In this document: positions 9,094 through 18,503 of the stretch, in pieces
Numbering within the stretch: position 1 is the first letter of the stretch
Layout: each line of letters opens with the position of its first letter
Source: Halodesulfurarchaeum sp.
Lineage (GTDB): Archaea > Halobacteriota > Halobacteria > Halobacteriales > Halobacteriaceae
Reading direction: 5' to 3'
Length of the DNA: 64,000 nt
NCBI GenBank assembly: GCA_034520565.1
Contig: JAXHNL010000002.1
Coordinates: 512,001 to 576,000, forward strand
Program-made: the position numbers and the translations under genes
The notes under the pieces: model-generated
What the model saw: only the letters and a program-made list of their open reading frames with translations
What the model was told of the DNA's origin: nothing
Databases searched by the model: none

Positions 9094-12023
9094 ATGTATT
9101 CCATGGCTTCACCCTCCCCCGAAGCACGTTTTCATTCCAAGTTATTTGATAAATTAGACGACTATATTTATGAAAATGATACACCGTTCCATAATGTAAG
9201 CATTGAAGACCGTATGGAAGACGGGGGGCGAGCAGACATATTTGTTGAATCGAATCTAACAGAAAGTTTTGTTATAGAGGTCAAAAGGGACGATAAAAAT
9301 CCATTAAAGAAGGAGTTCATTACTCAAGCTAGAGATTACGCTAAAAGTAAGCAAGTTAGGTTCTTTGCCATTTGCAATTCAAATGATTATTTTTTATTTG
9401 ATTATCGGGGCGAGGTTAATGTAACCGATATTGATTTCCACTACCTAGATCTTCGCCAAGGGAATATCCGAGATCAAACGTTTGGTGGCCTGATCCCGAA
9501 GATGCTTCAAGCGGTACAATACCTTTCGAAGCATGACCAGCTTCCCAAGCAAAAGACACGCAAACAAATTGTTGGCGTAATTCGGTCATTCCATACCTCA
9601 ATTTGGCCCACCTACAAAGAATTGGCTAGGGAAGCATTTGGAAGAAACGCAGAATTCACCGAATACTTTGAAAATTGGGTAGCGGAAAACAACTATAGTC
9701 AAAGAGACAAGGATGAACAATTCGAAATTGCGGCTAAACAACATGCCTACCTCTTAGGTAATAAAATTCTATTCTATGACCTTATAAGGGACCGTACTCC
9801 AAGTGATATTCAAACAAAAAGTGGCTATAAACTAAATTCGCTTTACCAAACATCTTCCGGCAAAAATATAGATATTGAAGGTATAAAACCCAGAATTGAA
9901 CAGCAATTCAATCGTATTATAGAGGAGATTGATTACGAACCTGTTTTTAACGATTCTGATACTATATTTAGTTCCTTCCCTGAAAACCGAAAGACTCAGA
10001 GAGCTATCCAGACTCTTTTATCGAACTTTGAATCGAAACGCCTAGAAGAAGTGAACGAAGATCTCCTGGGTGAACTTTACCAAGAATTGATTCCTAAAGA
10101 TGAACGCCGGAATTTGGGGCAATTTTATACTCCGCCGTCAATTGCAGAAGCCCTAGTGAGATGGGCTATTGATTCATCGGATCAAGATGAGTTGCCTCGC
10201 ATTTTAGATCCAGCATCTGGGAGCGGGACATTTCCGGTTGAGGTATATGAGTATTTGCATCAGATATTTCCAGAAGCAAATCACCAAGAATTGATAGACT
10301 CGATATTTGCAGTTGACATTAACAAATTCCCCATTCATCTTACTTCCTTTAATCTTGCAATCCGAAATATTACCTCTGAGACAGATCAGATCCATACTAA
10401 AAACGGTTCATTCTTTGATGTATCTCCCACAGCAGAGACTCTAAATGCATTCACTAACAGCGGGCAAGAATTCACTGAAAATTTTGATGCAGTGGTGGGA
10501 AATCCGCCTTACATCTTCCATCAAAATTTGTTCCCTGATAAAGAGCATTTCCGCCATCATCTGACAAATTACCAAGACGAAAATGGGGAATCGCCATATT
10601 ATGACGGTGAAAAGAAATTTGATACCTATACTGACGCATATATTTACTTTGTGACTCACGCATTTCAATTTCTCAAAGAGGGGGAAAACTAGCATTCATA
10701 ATCTCTGCGAAGTGGTTAGATGTTGAATATGGATTCCCATTTCAGCAATTTTTGTTCGATAACGCCAAAATACAGTCAATTATTACATTTAACTCCCGTT
10801 CGTTCGAAGATGCATTAGTAAATACATCACTACTTTTAATTGAGAAGTGTTCAGATGCATCAGAGAGAAGAGAGACAGTAACCGACTTTATTCGCATTAA
10901 GAAGCAAACCCCTCCAAAGGACCTAGTAAGTACAATTGAACATGAGCGTACAATTCCTGAAGGAAAACCATACAAATTTGAATCACGTAGCGGATATCGT
11001 GTTTTTTCGCGTTCTCAAAGTGAACTAGAAAAAGAGGGACCACGGAAATTGGGATATTATCATTCTGCGCCCCGTCCCATTATTGACTTAATTGACAGTG
11101 GTTTATTCAAACCAATGAGTGACCTGCCATTCTCCCGTGTTCGTCGGGGTTACATGACTGGTGCTAATTCCTTCTTTATTTTAGATGAGGACGATGTCGC
11201 ACAATGGGGAATTGATCATAGATTTTTGAAGCCAGCAATCAAGAGTGTGAAAAATCTCCATGAGCTTAGAACTCCAGAGGATGGAATTGGTCTATATATT
11301 CTTGATCTTCGTGAATTTATAGAAGATACTCGCCATATCTGGAAAAATAGTGACAAAGATGAGTCGTTTGAAAATGCTGTGAAAGAGCGATTAAAGGAAG
11401 AAGGATACGAGAATACATATCAGTATATCAGATACGGTGAATCAGATGGGATTGATGAGATGTACAATCCTAGTCGGCGAAAGGTATGGTTCCAGCTTCC
11501 TGATTTGGTTGCTCCAGACGTACTCCACCCAGTTTTCTATAATGAAGATCTTTATACAATTAAGAACGACGGCGGATTAGTCCCATCGAATGCGATATTA
11601 TGTGTATGGTTTGAGGAATATCAAGACGTGATGAGAGGGATAATGAATTCAACATTATACAAAGTCATTCTAGAGGTTTGGGGCCGAAAGGAGGGAGGTG
11701 GGGCTCTTCAATTTCTTCCTGATGAGATAAAGTCAATTCCTATCCCAGACCCACGGTCGCTTGATGAAACAGCAAAAGAAACCGTAATTAAAAACGCTGA
11801 AAAACTTGAGTTTGATAGCGATGTTGGCCAAGATGATCTGGACAAGGCCATTCTTGATGGATACGATATACCCATTTCAGTTGACGATCTTCAACAGATG
11901 CAATCGCTAATGACAAAACAGAGGGTCGAAGGAGCAGAGGATACAACAATTCTTGTTCAGGATTTGGAGGAATTCGATGAATATGATCTCGAAGGGTTCA
12001 TAAAAAAGCAAAATGGGGGCTGA
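9094..12023 (+). CDS. Type IIG-like restriction-modification enzyme (PD-(D/E)xK nuclease + N6-adenine MTase + TRD), split by a -1 frameshift at ~10684
   Basis: RADIF...IEVK nuclease, LGQFYTP, ILDPASGSGTF (motif I), VVGNPPY (motif IV); GAG GGG GAA AAC TAG plus one G gives EGGKLAFIISAKWLDVEYG, which runs into ORF 10752..12023; ~976 aa if repaired. Confidence 0.85.
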
Positions 12024-12109
12024 GGGAACATTGTCAGTATCGTATGACTGACTTGGACATAATGTTGGCCTCAATCAGATTCTGCAATCCATGACTTTAC
12101 ATTCATTTT

Positions 12110-12532
12110 TTATTCCCATTCCATTTTTTCAGCCTCGTCAGCACTCGGGACTTTGAATTGATACCAATTCTCGGAGCGATCTCGAATTGGGTTATCCGCT
12201 ATTTCATTGGAGACCTTCTCAATCATTCTTGCTTTTCCTTCATCTGTGAGTTGGTAATAGCCCCGTTCCACTTTTTTAACGATACCCCCGGCTTCGAGTG
12301 TGTTTAGTCTCCGAGAAACAGCTCCCCTCGACCGGTCTATGTTTTTTGCGATCACTGATGGGCCTAACATTAAATCAGGTGATGCGAGCAAATCGACGAT
12401 TTCATAATCTAATTCCGTGAGCCAATCCGGAGGGTGGAGATCTTCGTCATAAAACTTGTCATCATCTATGTCAGCCCGGTATTTGTCCGGAATGACGTTT
12501 TCTGGGGGTTCGTATTCATTGTCCTCGGCCAT
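12110..12532 (-). CDS. Winged-HTH repressor (phiH1-repressor-like), divergent from the integrase
   Basis: WLTELDYEIVDLL...PSVIAKNIDRSRGAVSRRLNTLEAGGIVKKVERGYYQLTDEG. Confidence 0.8.
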   Translation of the reverse strand: MAEDNEYEPPENVIPDKYRADIDDDKFYDEDLHPPDWLTELDYEIVDLLASPDLMLGPSVIAKNIDRSRGAVSRRLNTLEAGGIVKKVERGYYQLTDEGKARMIEKVSNEIADNPIRDRSENWYQFKVPSADEAEKMEWE

Positions 12533-12793
12533 GAGTCCAGAAAAACTACCCATTACAAAAAAGGTACCGCATATATTGCATTACAAATAGTACGGTTACA
12601 AATTCATGATAAAGAATAAGTGACCCCCTGTTTAACCATTATTCGTCACGGCCCACTCGGAGCGTGACCCCGTCCAAAGAGACACGCCCCGAATCTCGCC
12701 GTGGCATCCAAGGTGGATGCATGCCCAAATACACACTTCAACACTGTAAGACTGCTGAAGGCGCGTACAGAATCAGAGCAGGTGCTATCCTCG

Positions 12794-13843
12794 ATGGGTG
12801 ACTTAGAACCCATCCCGCCTGCTGAGGCGGTCCAAATGTTTCACGAGGCTATGATCGACGAGCACGCGGAGTCCACTCGTCGAAGCGAAAAACATCGACT
12901 CAAAGCCTTCGTACAATTCTGCGATGAACACGGCATCGAGGACCTGACCGAATTAACGGGACGAGACCTCTATCTCTACCGGAGCTGGCGGAGAGAGGGC
13001 CAGGGCGATGACCGGGAACCGATAAAAACAGTCACGCTGAAAAGTCAGTTAGCGTCACTCCGTCGGTTCCTCCGCTTTGCTGCTGATATTGATGCTGTTC
13101 AAGCAACGCTCTATGAACAGGTTTCGCTGCCAGTCATGCGAAACGGTGAGGACGTCTCGGAATCAACTTTAGAGGCAGATCGGGCTCTCGAAATCCTGGA
13201 CTATCTCGAGCACGCACAACCCGCTTCGCGTGACCACATTATCGTTTTGCTCCTCTGGAAAACCGGGGCCAGAACCGGCGCAATTCGTGGGCTCGATCTC
13301 CGGGACTTGGATCTCGAAGGAACTCACCCACGCGTGTCCGGGCCGGCAATTCACTTCGTCCACAGACCCGATACGGGAACCCCGCTTAAGAACCAAGACA
13401 AGGGTACGCGGTGGAATCGAATCAGCGGGGTGACGGCCCGGTACATCTCTGATTACATCGAATACAACCGGCCCAACGTCACCGACGAACACGGGCGAGA
13501 ACCCCTCATAGCCACTCAGTACGGACGGCCGGCCGGGAATACACTCCGCACCACCCTGTATCGAGTGACCCGGCCCTGCTGGCGAAACGAACCGTGCCCC
13601 CACGATCGGGATACTGAGACTTGTGAGGCCACCCATTTGGATCACGCCAGCAAGTGCCCCTCCGCTCGATCACCCCACGATCTCCGAAGTGGGAGAGTGA
13701 CCTACTATCGTCGAGAAGACGTCCCCCGCCGAGTCGTCAAAGATCGGCTCAATGCCAGCGAAGACATTCTAGATCGGCATTATGACCGGCGTTCGGACCG
13801 AGAACAGGCAGATCAGCGAAGCGACTACCTCCCAGACCTATAA
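12794..13843 (+). CDS. int: Tyrosine integrase, SNJ2/pleolipovirus-like family
   Basis: TGARTGAIRGLD, HRPDTGTPLKN, Cys/His insert RPC...CPH...C...KCPS, SPHDLRSG, ILDRHYD; ends ~50 bp before the att copy. Confidence 0.92.
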   Translation: MGDLEPIPPAEAVQMFHEAMIDEHAESTRRSEKHRLKAFVQFCDEHGIEDLTELTGRDLYLYRSWRREGQGDDREPIKTVTLKSQLASLRRFLRFAADIDAVQATLYEQVSLPVMRNGEDVSESTLEADRALEILDYLEHAQPASRDHIIVLLLWKTGARTGAIRGLDLRDLDLEGTHPRVSGPAIHFVHRPDTGTPLKNQDKGTRWNRISGVTARYISDYIEYNRPNVTDEHGREPLIATQYGRPAGNTLRTTLYRVTRPCWRNEPCPHDRDTETCEATHLDHASKCPSARSPHDLRSGRVTYYRREDVPRRVVKDRLNASEDILDRHYDRRSDREQADQRSDYLPDL

Positions 13844-13891
13844 TAATGCCATGTGCCAACACTTGCAGGCCTAATTCCGAGATAGCGGGAC

Positions 13892-14025
13892 CCCGTCGTG
13901 CCCGTACAGCGAGGAGCGGAGCGACGAGCGAACCGGCGCGCATGGGATTTGAGCCCTGGAAGGCGCGCGCAACGAACGGAGTGAGTGAGCACGGCTTCCT
14001 CTGGTTCGAATCCCGTCGTGCCCGT
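13892..14025 (+). repeat. Right-end module 1: 14-bp att copy + hairpin element + 23-bp att copy
   Basis: CCCGTCGTGCCCGT at 13892 and 14012; GGGATTTGAGCC...GGTTCGAATCCC stem between them. Confidence 0.85.
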
Positions 14026-14267
14026 TCGGAGACAATCGTTTTCGACCATTCACAGAAAACCGTGAGAGCCAAGAAGACGGGTATTCTGGCCGTTCTCAAA
14101 GAACGTTTAGCCAACGGAATTTGGTGTCCATTCAGCATCTGAACGTCCCCTCATAAACAAATGGCCCATCATGCAGGGAGAACGAATCTGTTATTATAAC
14201 TAGGTTATACTCTATCCATAAAATTAGAAAAAGTGTTATCGGCAATACCTCTGAGAATATTTATAGT

Positions 14268-15632
14268 ATGGACAAATCGTTGCTCGCCACCTCATCAAAA
14301 ACTGTTCGAGAATCCGCTAAAGAGCTTGGTAAAATAGTAGAAACTGAGGAGTTGTATCTGCCACAAAATTCGCCAGTTTTCTATTTTTTGGATAGGTTTG
14401 GGTCGGGCTCTGTTAATGAATTTATTGAGAAATGGCCAAATTCGGAGTTTGAACCTATGGGGATGGCAATTGAAACTCCCGAAATCATTACATATTTGAT
14501 TAAAATTCATAGAAATCATGGAGCTTTCAATGGGAAACAGAAGAGGATAATTCAAGATATGATTGACAAAGTAATCCAAAATCAAAACGTCCACGGGCAG
14601 ATGTCAAATTACCATTCTAAACAGCTTAGAGCACTAATTTTATTCGATCCAAAATCTGAACCAGCAATAAATGGAGTGAGTCATTTGACATCAGAGGTTA
14701 TTCCCAATACAGCCTATACAAACAGATCACGTAGAATCCAAGAGTTAGCAAACGGAATTATTTCTCTTTGCGAATTAGATTATTACACATATGAGAATGA
14801 GATTGAGGAGGCAGCGTCACAAATTCGAGATTTAATTGATGACGGGCCTAAAAATGATGATCTTGAGAATATATATGACCCAAGCAATCTTGCAATAGCC
14901 CTTTCCAAACTCCAAAATTATAGGTTCGAATTTGAACAAAAATTGTCGGAAGTACTTATGAGAGAATTATCAAATAGAGATGACTTAAAAATTGGTTTGG
15001 ATGATATTGATGGACTATTTAGTCCCTACATAATCATTGGGAAGTCTTTAGTTGGCCTCTTGGCCCTTGGAAAAGGACCCAAAGCCCCGATTTATCAAAA
15101 TGATTGGGAAAAAGAACTCGAAAGGCAACGATTGGCCCGTTCTAAGGCCTCATTTGTTTCCACTCTCCCCGCGAGCGAGTTACAGTCACGTCGAATAGAG
15201 ATATATGAGAAGGCCTATTCTATCATTAATTCAGTTCAAAGCGAGTTGCGAATTTCCACACTAATGATGGATATGTTTTACAATGAAATTCTCGACCTTA
15301 TTGAGCAAGATTCTGATGTTCAAGTTCGCATACTTGCCAGACGAGAAGGACCAAAAGGGGAACGAAGGAGGATGAAAGAAGCCGTGATGAAGGAACTAGT
15401 TAAAGCAGGTGAATCGGAAATCGTTCGAGGAGACCATTTACTCCATAGTCGGATGATTATTGGTGATGACTCTGAACTGCTCGTTTCATCTGCAGATTTG
15501 ACACGAGATCGGCTATACGATGAATTTAATGCAGGGATCTATACTCGTGACCCAGACGCGGTAAATGAAGCTATTGAGTATTTTGACAATATTTGGAATC
15601 AAGGCAAATCGCTCGATGTGGAAAAGTATTAG
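14268..15632 (+). CDS. Protein with helical N-terminal region and C-terminal PLD-like (HKD-variant) domain
   Basis: ELRIST...VQVRILAR...LHSRMIIGDDSELLVSSADLT...EFNAGIYTRDPDAVNEAIEYFDNIW. Confidence 0.75.
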   Translation: MDKSLLATSSKTVRESAKELGKIVETEELYLPQNSPVFYFLDRFGSGSVNEFIEKWPNSEFEPMGMAIETPEIITYLIKIHRNHGAFNGKQKRIIQDMIDKVIQNQNVHGQMSNYHSKQLRALILFDPKSEPAINGVSHLTSEVIPNTAYTNRSRRIQELANGIISLCELDYYTYENEIEEAASQIRDLIDDGPKNDDLENIYDPSNLAIALSKLQNYRFEFEQKLSEVLMRELSNRDDLKIGLDDIDGLFSPYIIIGKSLVGLLALGKGPKAPIYQNDWEKELERQRLARSKASFVSTLPASELQSRRIEIYEKAYSIINSVQSELRISTLMMDMFYNEILDLIEQDSDVQVRILARREGPKGERRRMKEAVMKELVKAGESEIVRGDHLLHSRMIIGDDSELLVSSADLTRDRLYDEFNAGIYTRDPDAVNEAIEYFDNIWNQGKSLDVEKY

Positions 15633-16018
15633 ACTCTGTTGAAAATTTTTTTGATCAGTGGTATTTTGAGAACGGTCTCCTGAATACACCGCTCGTATTC
15701 ACCAATCGCATTCTCGGGAATCCCCCGGCACATCTTAATTTTTGTAGCATGGTCTTGTTGGCCAGGAAGCGGTCCAGAAAGTCTTGGGAAGGGAGTATTA
15801 GTTGATTCGGACTGAGCCCCCGCACTTTTGCTGTGCTATTTGAGAAGGTGAGGACGATACTAGTAGACAAGTGTTGCTCTCTTCGTGAAGTTTCTTACAG
15901 TGAAATGTGTCATGTCCGCCTGAGGGAGGTCAGTTAAATCATGGTAATGGGGCACATACCATTATGTCGAAAAGACATCCCTAAAGATGTCATCAACATT
16001 TAACATACGTTTGATAAT

Positions 16019-17578
16019 TTATTGTCGAATTATCTCATTCTGTAATGACCCGGGACTATTTCCAGTAATTCTATTTCTCATCTCAACTGCCTGGGACTCA
16101 GTCATATTAGATATCAAATCGGCTACAATCCTTGCCCGTAAGGTACAATCTTCGCTATCTATATTCTTAATTCGCTCCCGGTACGGTTCCATAATTAATG
16201 AGGTGTCTACAGATTCTGGGTCCGCTTCGTTGTACAATTCTTCGAATAGCACGTTAATAATTTCCTTTTGACCGGCTTGCTGAGCCGAAAGGGTAGGATT
16301 GCTTATCACGTAATAGAAGGTCAATTCCTTCAAAATTTCAATCTCTTTCATTAATTCTTCATCAACGTCCAACGTGGGCAACCCATCAACTGAATGGCCA
16401 ATTACACCAACATTACGTTCCGAAGGTTCCCGCTCCGTTGCTTCAATGTACCATCCTATTAAGGAGGATATTAACTTATTGAGCTGATTCCTTTCCCTTT
16501 GAGTACCCTCATATGGAGTAAATAGCGAGTCCCCAATAAATGCGAAATCTGTTAGCTTTATTAGAAAATCCAATACTTCAGGAAGAGTTGCTTCAACACC
16601 TGATTTATCAGAAACATATTCTGCAAAATCAAATACTTCCATATTATGTGATTTAGAGTGCTCCACAATTAGTCGATCATAATCCGGTAATTCATCAATT
16701 CCAGCCTCATCTGGTAGTTGTTTGAATAGCTCTTTTGCTTCCCGAAGCAGTTGATCAAGCGGAAGAAGACCACTTCTATAGAAATCCTCCACGTCGTGTA
16801 TCGCATAGGTCAAATCATCCGCAAAGTCCATGACTTCTGCTTCAATAACTTTATTGCGTCCACCGTCTGTCCCTGCCCTTGCAAAGTTAAAGTGGCTATT
16901 TTCGGAAGGGTAGTACCCCCATTTGTCATCAGTATCTTTGTCAGAAGCGATGTCTTCAGCATCTCGCTTCCACGGGTATTTTAGCATAGCATTTAAAGTA
17001 GCCCTAGTCAAATCCATCCCACATATACCGGGGCGATGCGTTCCCAGTTTAGTCACGGCCCGGAATGATTGGGCATTACCCTCAAATCCCTGGATGTTAT
17101 TATTCTCAATATCATCTGAATCTTCCTGGCCAGCTTGTTCTTTTGATTTTTGTCGGATTTTCAAATCTAGTAAGTTCTCAGTCTCGTGGCCAAACGGGGG
17201 ATGGCCAATATCATGGGCCAAGCAAGCAGCTTCCACTACATCTTCATTCAGATATTGCCCAAGGTTCTCAAATTCGCCACCATAATAATCTATTAATAAC
17301 TCAGCCAATCTACGGCCAACTTGGGCGACTTTCAAGGAGTGTGTGAGTCGGTCATGGTAAAGGTAGGATTCTCCAGTCCTAGCAACTTGTGTGACGTCTT
17401 TCAACCGCCTGAACTCACGGCTGTAGAGGATTCGGTCGCGATCTCGTTCAAAGGGAGTTCGCTGGTCACTAGGGTCAATGTTAATTGCTGCATCAGCTTC
17501 TAATTGTGAATCGTACTCTTCCTCCAAATTTTGGTCTAGTGCTGAAGGACGGCGCTCTCGAGGAAAATTTGAAGGCAT
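16019..17578 (-). CDS. dgt: dGTP triphosphohydrolase (dGTPase, HD superfamily)
   Basis: RTPFERDRDRILYSREFRRLKDVTQV, HDRLTHSLKVAQVGR, AHDIGHPPFGH, FEGNAQSFR, KYPW, ADDLTYAIHDVED, RIVADLISNMTE. Confidence 0.92.
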   Translation of the reverse strand: MPSNFPRERRPSALDQNLEEEYDSQLEADAAINIDPSDQRTPFERDRDRILYSREFRRLKDVTQVARTGESYLYHDRLTHSLKVAQVGRRLAELLIDYYGGEFENLGQYLNEDVVEAACLAHDIGHPPFGHETENLLDLKIRQKSKEQAGQEDSDDIENNNIQGFEGNAQSFRAVTKLGTHRPGICGMDLTRATLNAMLKYPWKRDAEDIASDKDTDDKWGYYPSENSHFNFARAGTDGGRNKVIEAEVMDFADDLTYAIHDVEDFYRSGLLPLDQLLREAKELFKQLPDEAGIDELPDYDRLIVEHSKSHNMEVFDFAEYVSDKSGVEATLPEVLDFLIKLTDFAFIGDSLFTPYEGTQRERNQLNKLISSLIGWYIEATEREPSERNVGVIGHSVDGLPTLDVDEELMKEIEILKELTFYYVISNPTLSAQQAGQKEIINVLFEELYNEADPESVDTSLIMEPYRERIKNIDSEDCTLRARIVADLISNMTESQAVEMRNRITGNSPGSLQNEIIRQ

Positions 17579-17589
17579 TCCGAAAATGC

Positions 17590-17817
17590 CTAAGCTGAGA
17601 CCGATGCGTGGCTTGCCAATTTATACTCAAAGCCAGGGCTGGTTCCAATTTGGCCTTCATCAATCAGTTCTTGCAGAATATCTTTTACATCTTCCCTTCC
17701 TTCAGCGGATGTATTTTTCATCAAATGGTCTAGGGTCACTGGGCCATCACTTTCTATCAAGGCTTCAAATATTTCCGTCCGGAGAGAGTCTTCGCTTCCG
17801 CCACTATTTCGAATCAT
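17590..17817 (-). CDS. Small winged-helix protein (75 aa), 11 nt upstream of the dGTPase
   Basis: LRTEIFEALIESDGPVTLDHL...EDVKDILQELIDEGQIGTSPGFEYKL fits a wHTH pattern. Confidence 0.7.
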   Translation of the reverse strand: MIRNSGGSEDSLRTEIFEALIESDGPVTLDHLMKNTSAEGREDVKDILQELIDEGQIGTSPGFEYKLASHASVSA

Positions 17818-18082
17818 ACCTTGAGGATAGATTGGGTTCTACTTAGTTCTGATGTCAAATGGGGTACTTTGAATGCCAAATAATGGTACTAATCTAGACC
17901 GGATTATAGCCACGATTGCACCCAATTAACGAGACGTAATCATGAGGTTTTAAGTCGGTATATATGGTCTCCAAAATACATCACAAAGGAACCCCCCCCC
18001 AAGAGATTCAAAATCGGGAGATGTATGAAAATATCACCAAGCCACCTTACAAAATTGTAGGGTTGTGTCTATCTGGGCGAAA

Positions 18083-18350
18083 TTATAGCCAGAGGATCTT
18101 CTCAGCTTCGCGACTTTCCACCCCTTCCCCGTGTTTCCCAAAGTAGAGCCGGTGAAGAGTCGGGTAACCCTCTCACCCGCTCCATTGCATCACTACGCTC
18201 GGTAGAACGCCGGCCTCAAGAGTGAGGTTTCCCTAGGTCCGGTGGGGATCGTGCGGCCCGAGGTACCGCCAGCCTCGATAGGGTCCTGCTTCTCAAGTTC
18301 CTCCGCAACGGTGGCAACCCATCGGCGAATCGTCCTCGTCGTGTCGTCAA
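18083..18350 (-). pseudogene. C-terminal remnant of a XerC-like haloarchaeal tyrosine recombinase
   Basis: Across frames: TTRTIRRWVATVAEELE / RGWRYLGPHDPHRT*GNLTLEAGVLPSVVMQWSG*EGYPTLHRLYFG / REAEKILWL*; stop codons where Trp is expected. Confidence 0.7.
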
Positions 18351-18453
18351 AGACCGGCACAATGCCAGCGAAAACATTCTTGACCGGCATTATGAACGGC
18401 GTTCGGACCGCGAACAGGCTGATCAGCGGAGCGACTACCTCCCAGACCTACAA
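18335..18453 (+). pseudogene. 3' remnant of an SNJ2-like integrase
   Basis: PRRVVKDRHNASENILDRHYERRSDREQADQRSDYLPDL, nearly identical to the C-terminus of the integrase at 12794-13843. Confidence 0.9.
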
Positions 18454-18503
18454 CAATGACATGTGCCAACACTTGCAGCGCAAATTCCGAGATAGCTGAA
18501 CCC

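Larger units (their letters stand above)
4955..14025. mobile_element. Integrated rolling-circle element (plasmid-like) in tRNA-Arg, ~9 kb
   Basis: 23-bp direct repeat GGTTCGAATCCCGTCGTGCCCGT at 4955-4977 and 14003-14025, plus 14-bp CCCGTCGTGCCCGT at 13892-13905; contains HUH Rep and tyrosine integrase; AT-rich cargo. Confidence 0.9.

Noticed and set aside
10676-10692. Programmed -1 ribosomal frameshift in the RM gene
   Set aside because: The in-frame codons GAG GGG GAA AAC do not form a canonical X XXY YYZ slippery site, and no obvious downstream structure is present.
4955-14025. Complete pleolipovirus provirus
   Set aside because: No spike, matrix or NTPase gene block; only Rep, regulators, RM and Int.
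14090-15675. 11-bp inverted repeat (CCGTTCTCAAA / TTTGAGAACGG) flanking the PLD gene as cassette or transposon ends
   Set aside because: Short, no target-site duplication seen, and not found around the other cargo genes; could be chance.
15633-16018. Short ORFs between the PLD and dGTPase genes
   Set aside because: No recognisable motifs or convincing starts in any frame; possibly decayed sequence.
17992-18000. C9 tract as a phase-variable promoter element for the wHTH-dGTPase operon
   Set aside because: About 175 bp upstream of the start codon, too far for a typical haloarchaeal core promoter; no supporting evidence.
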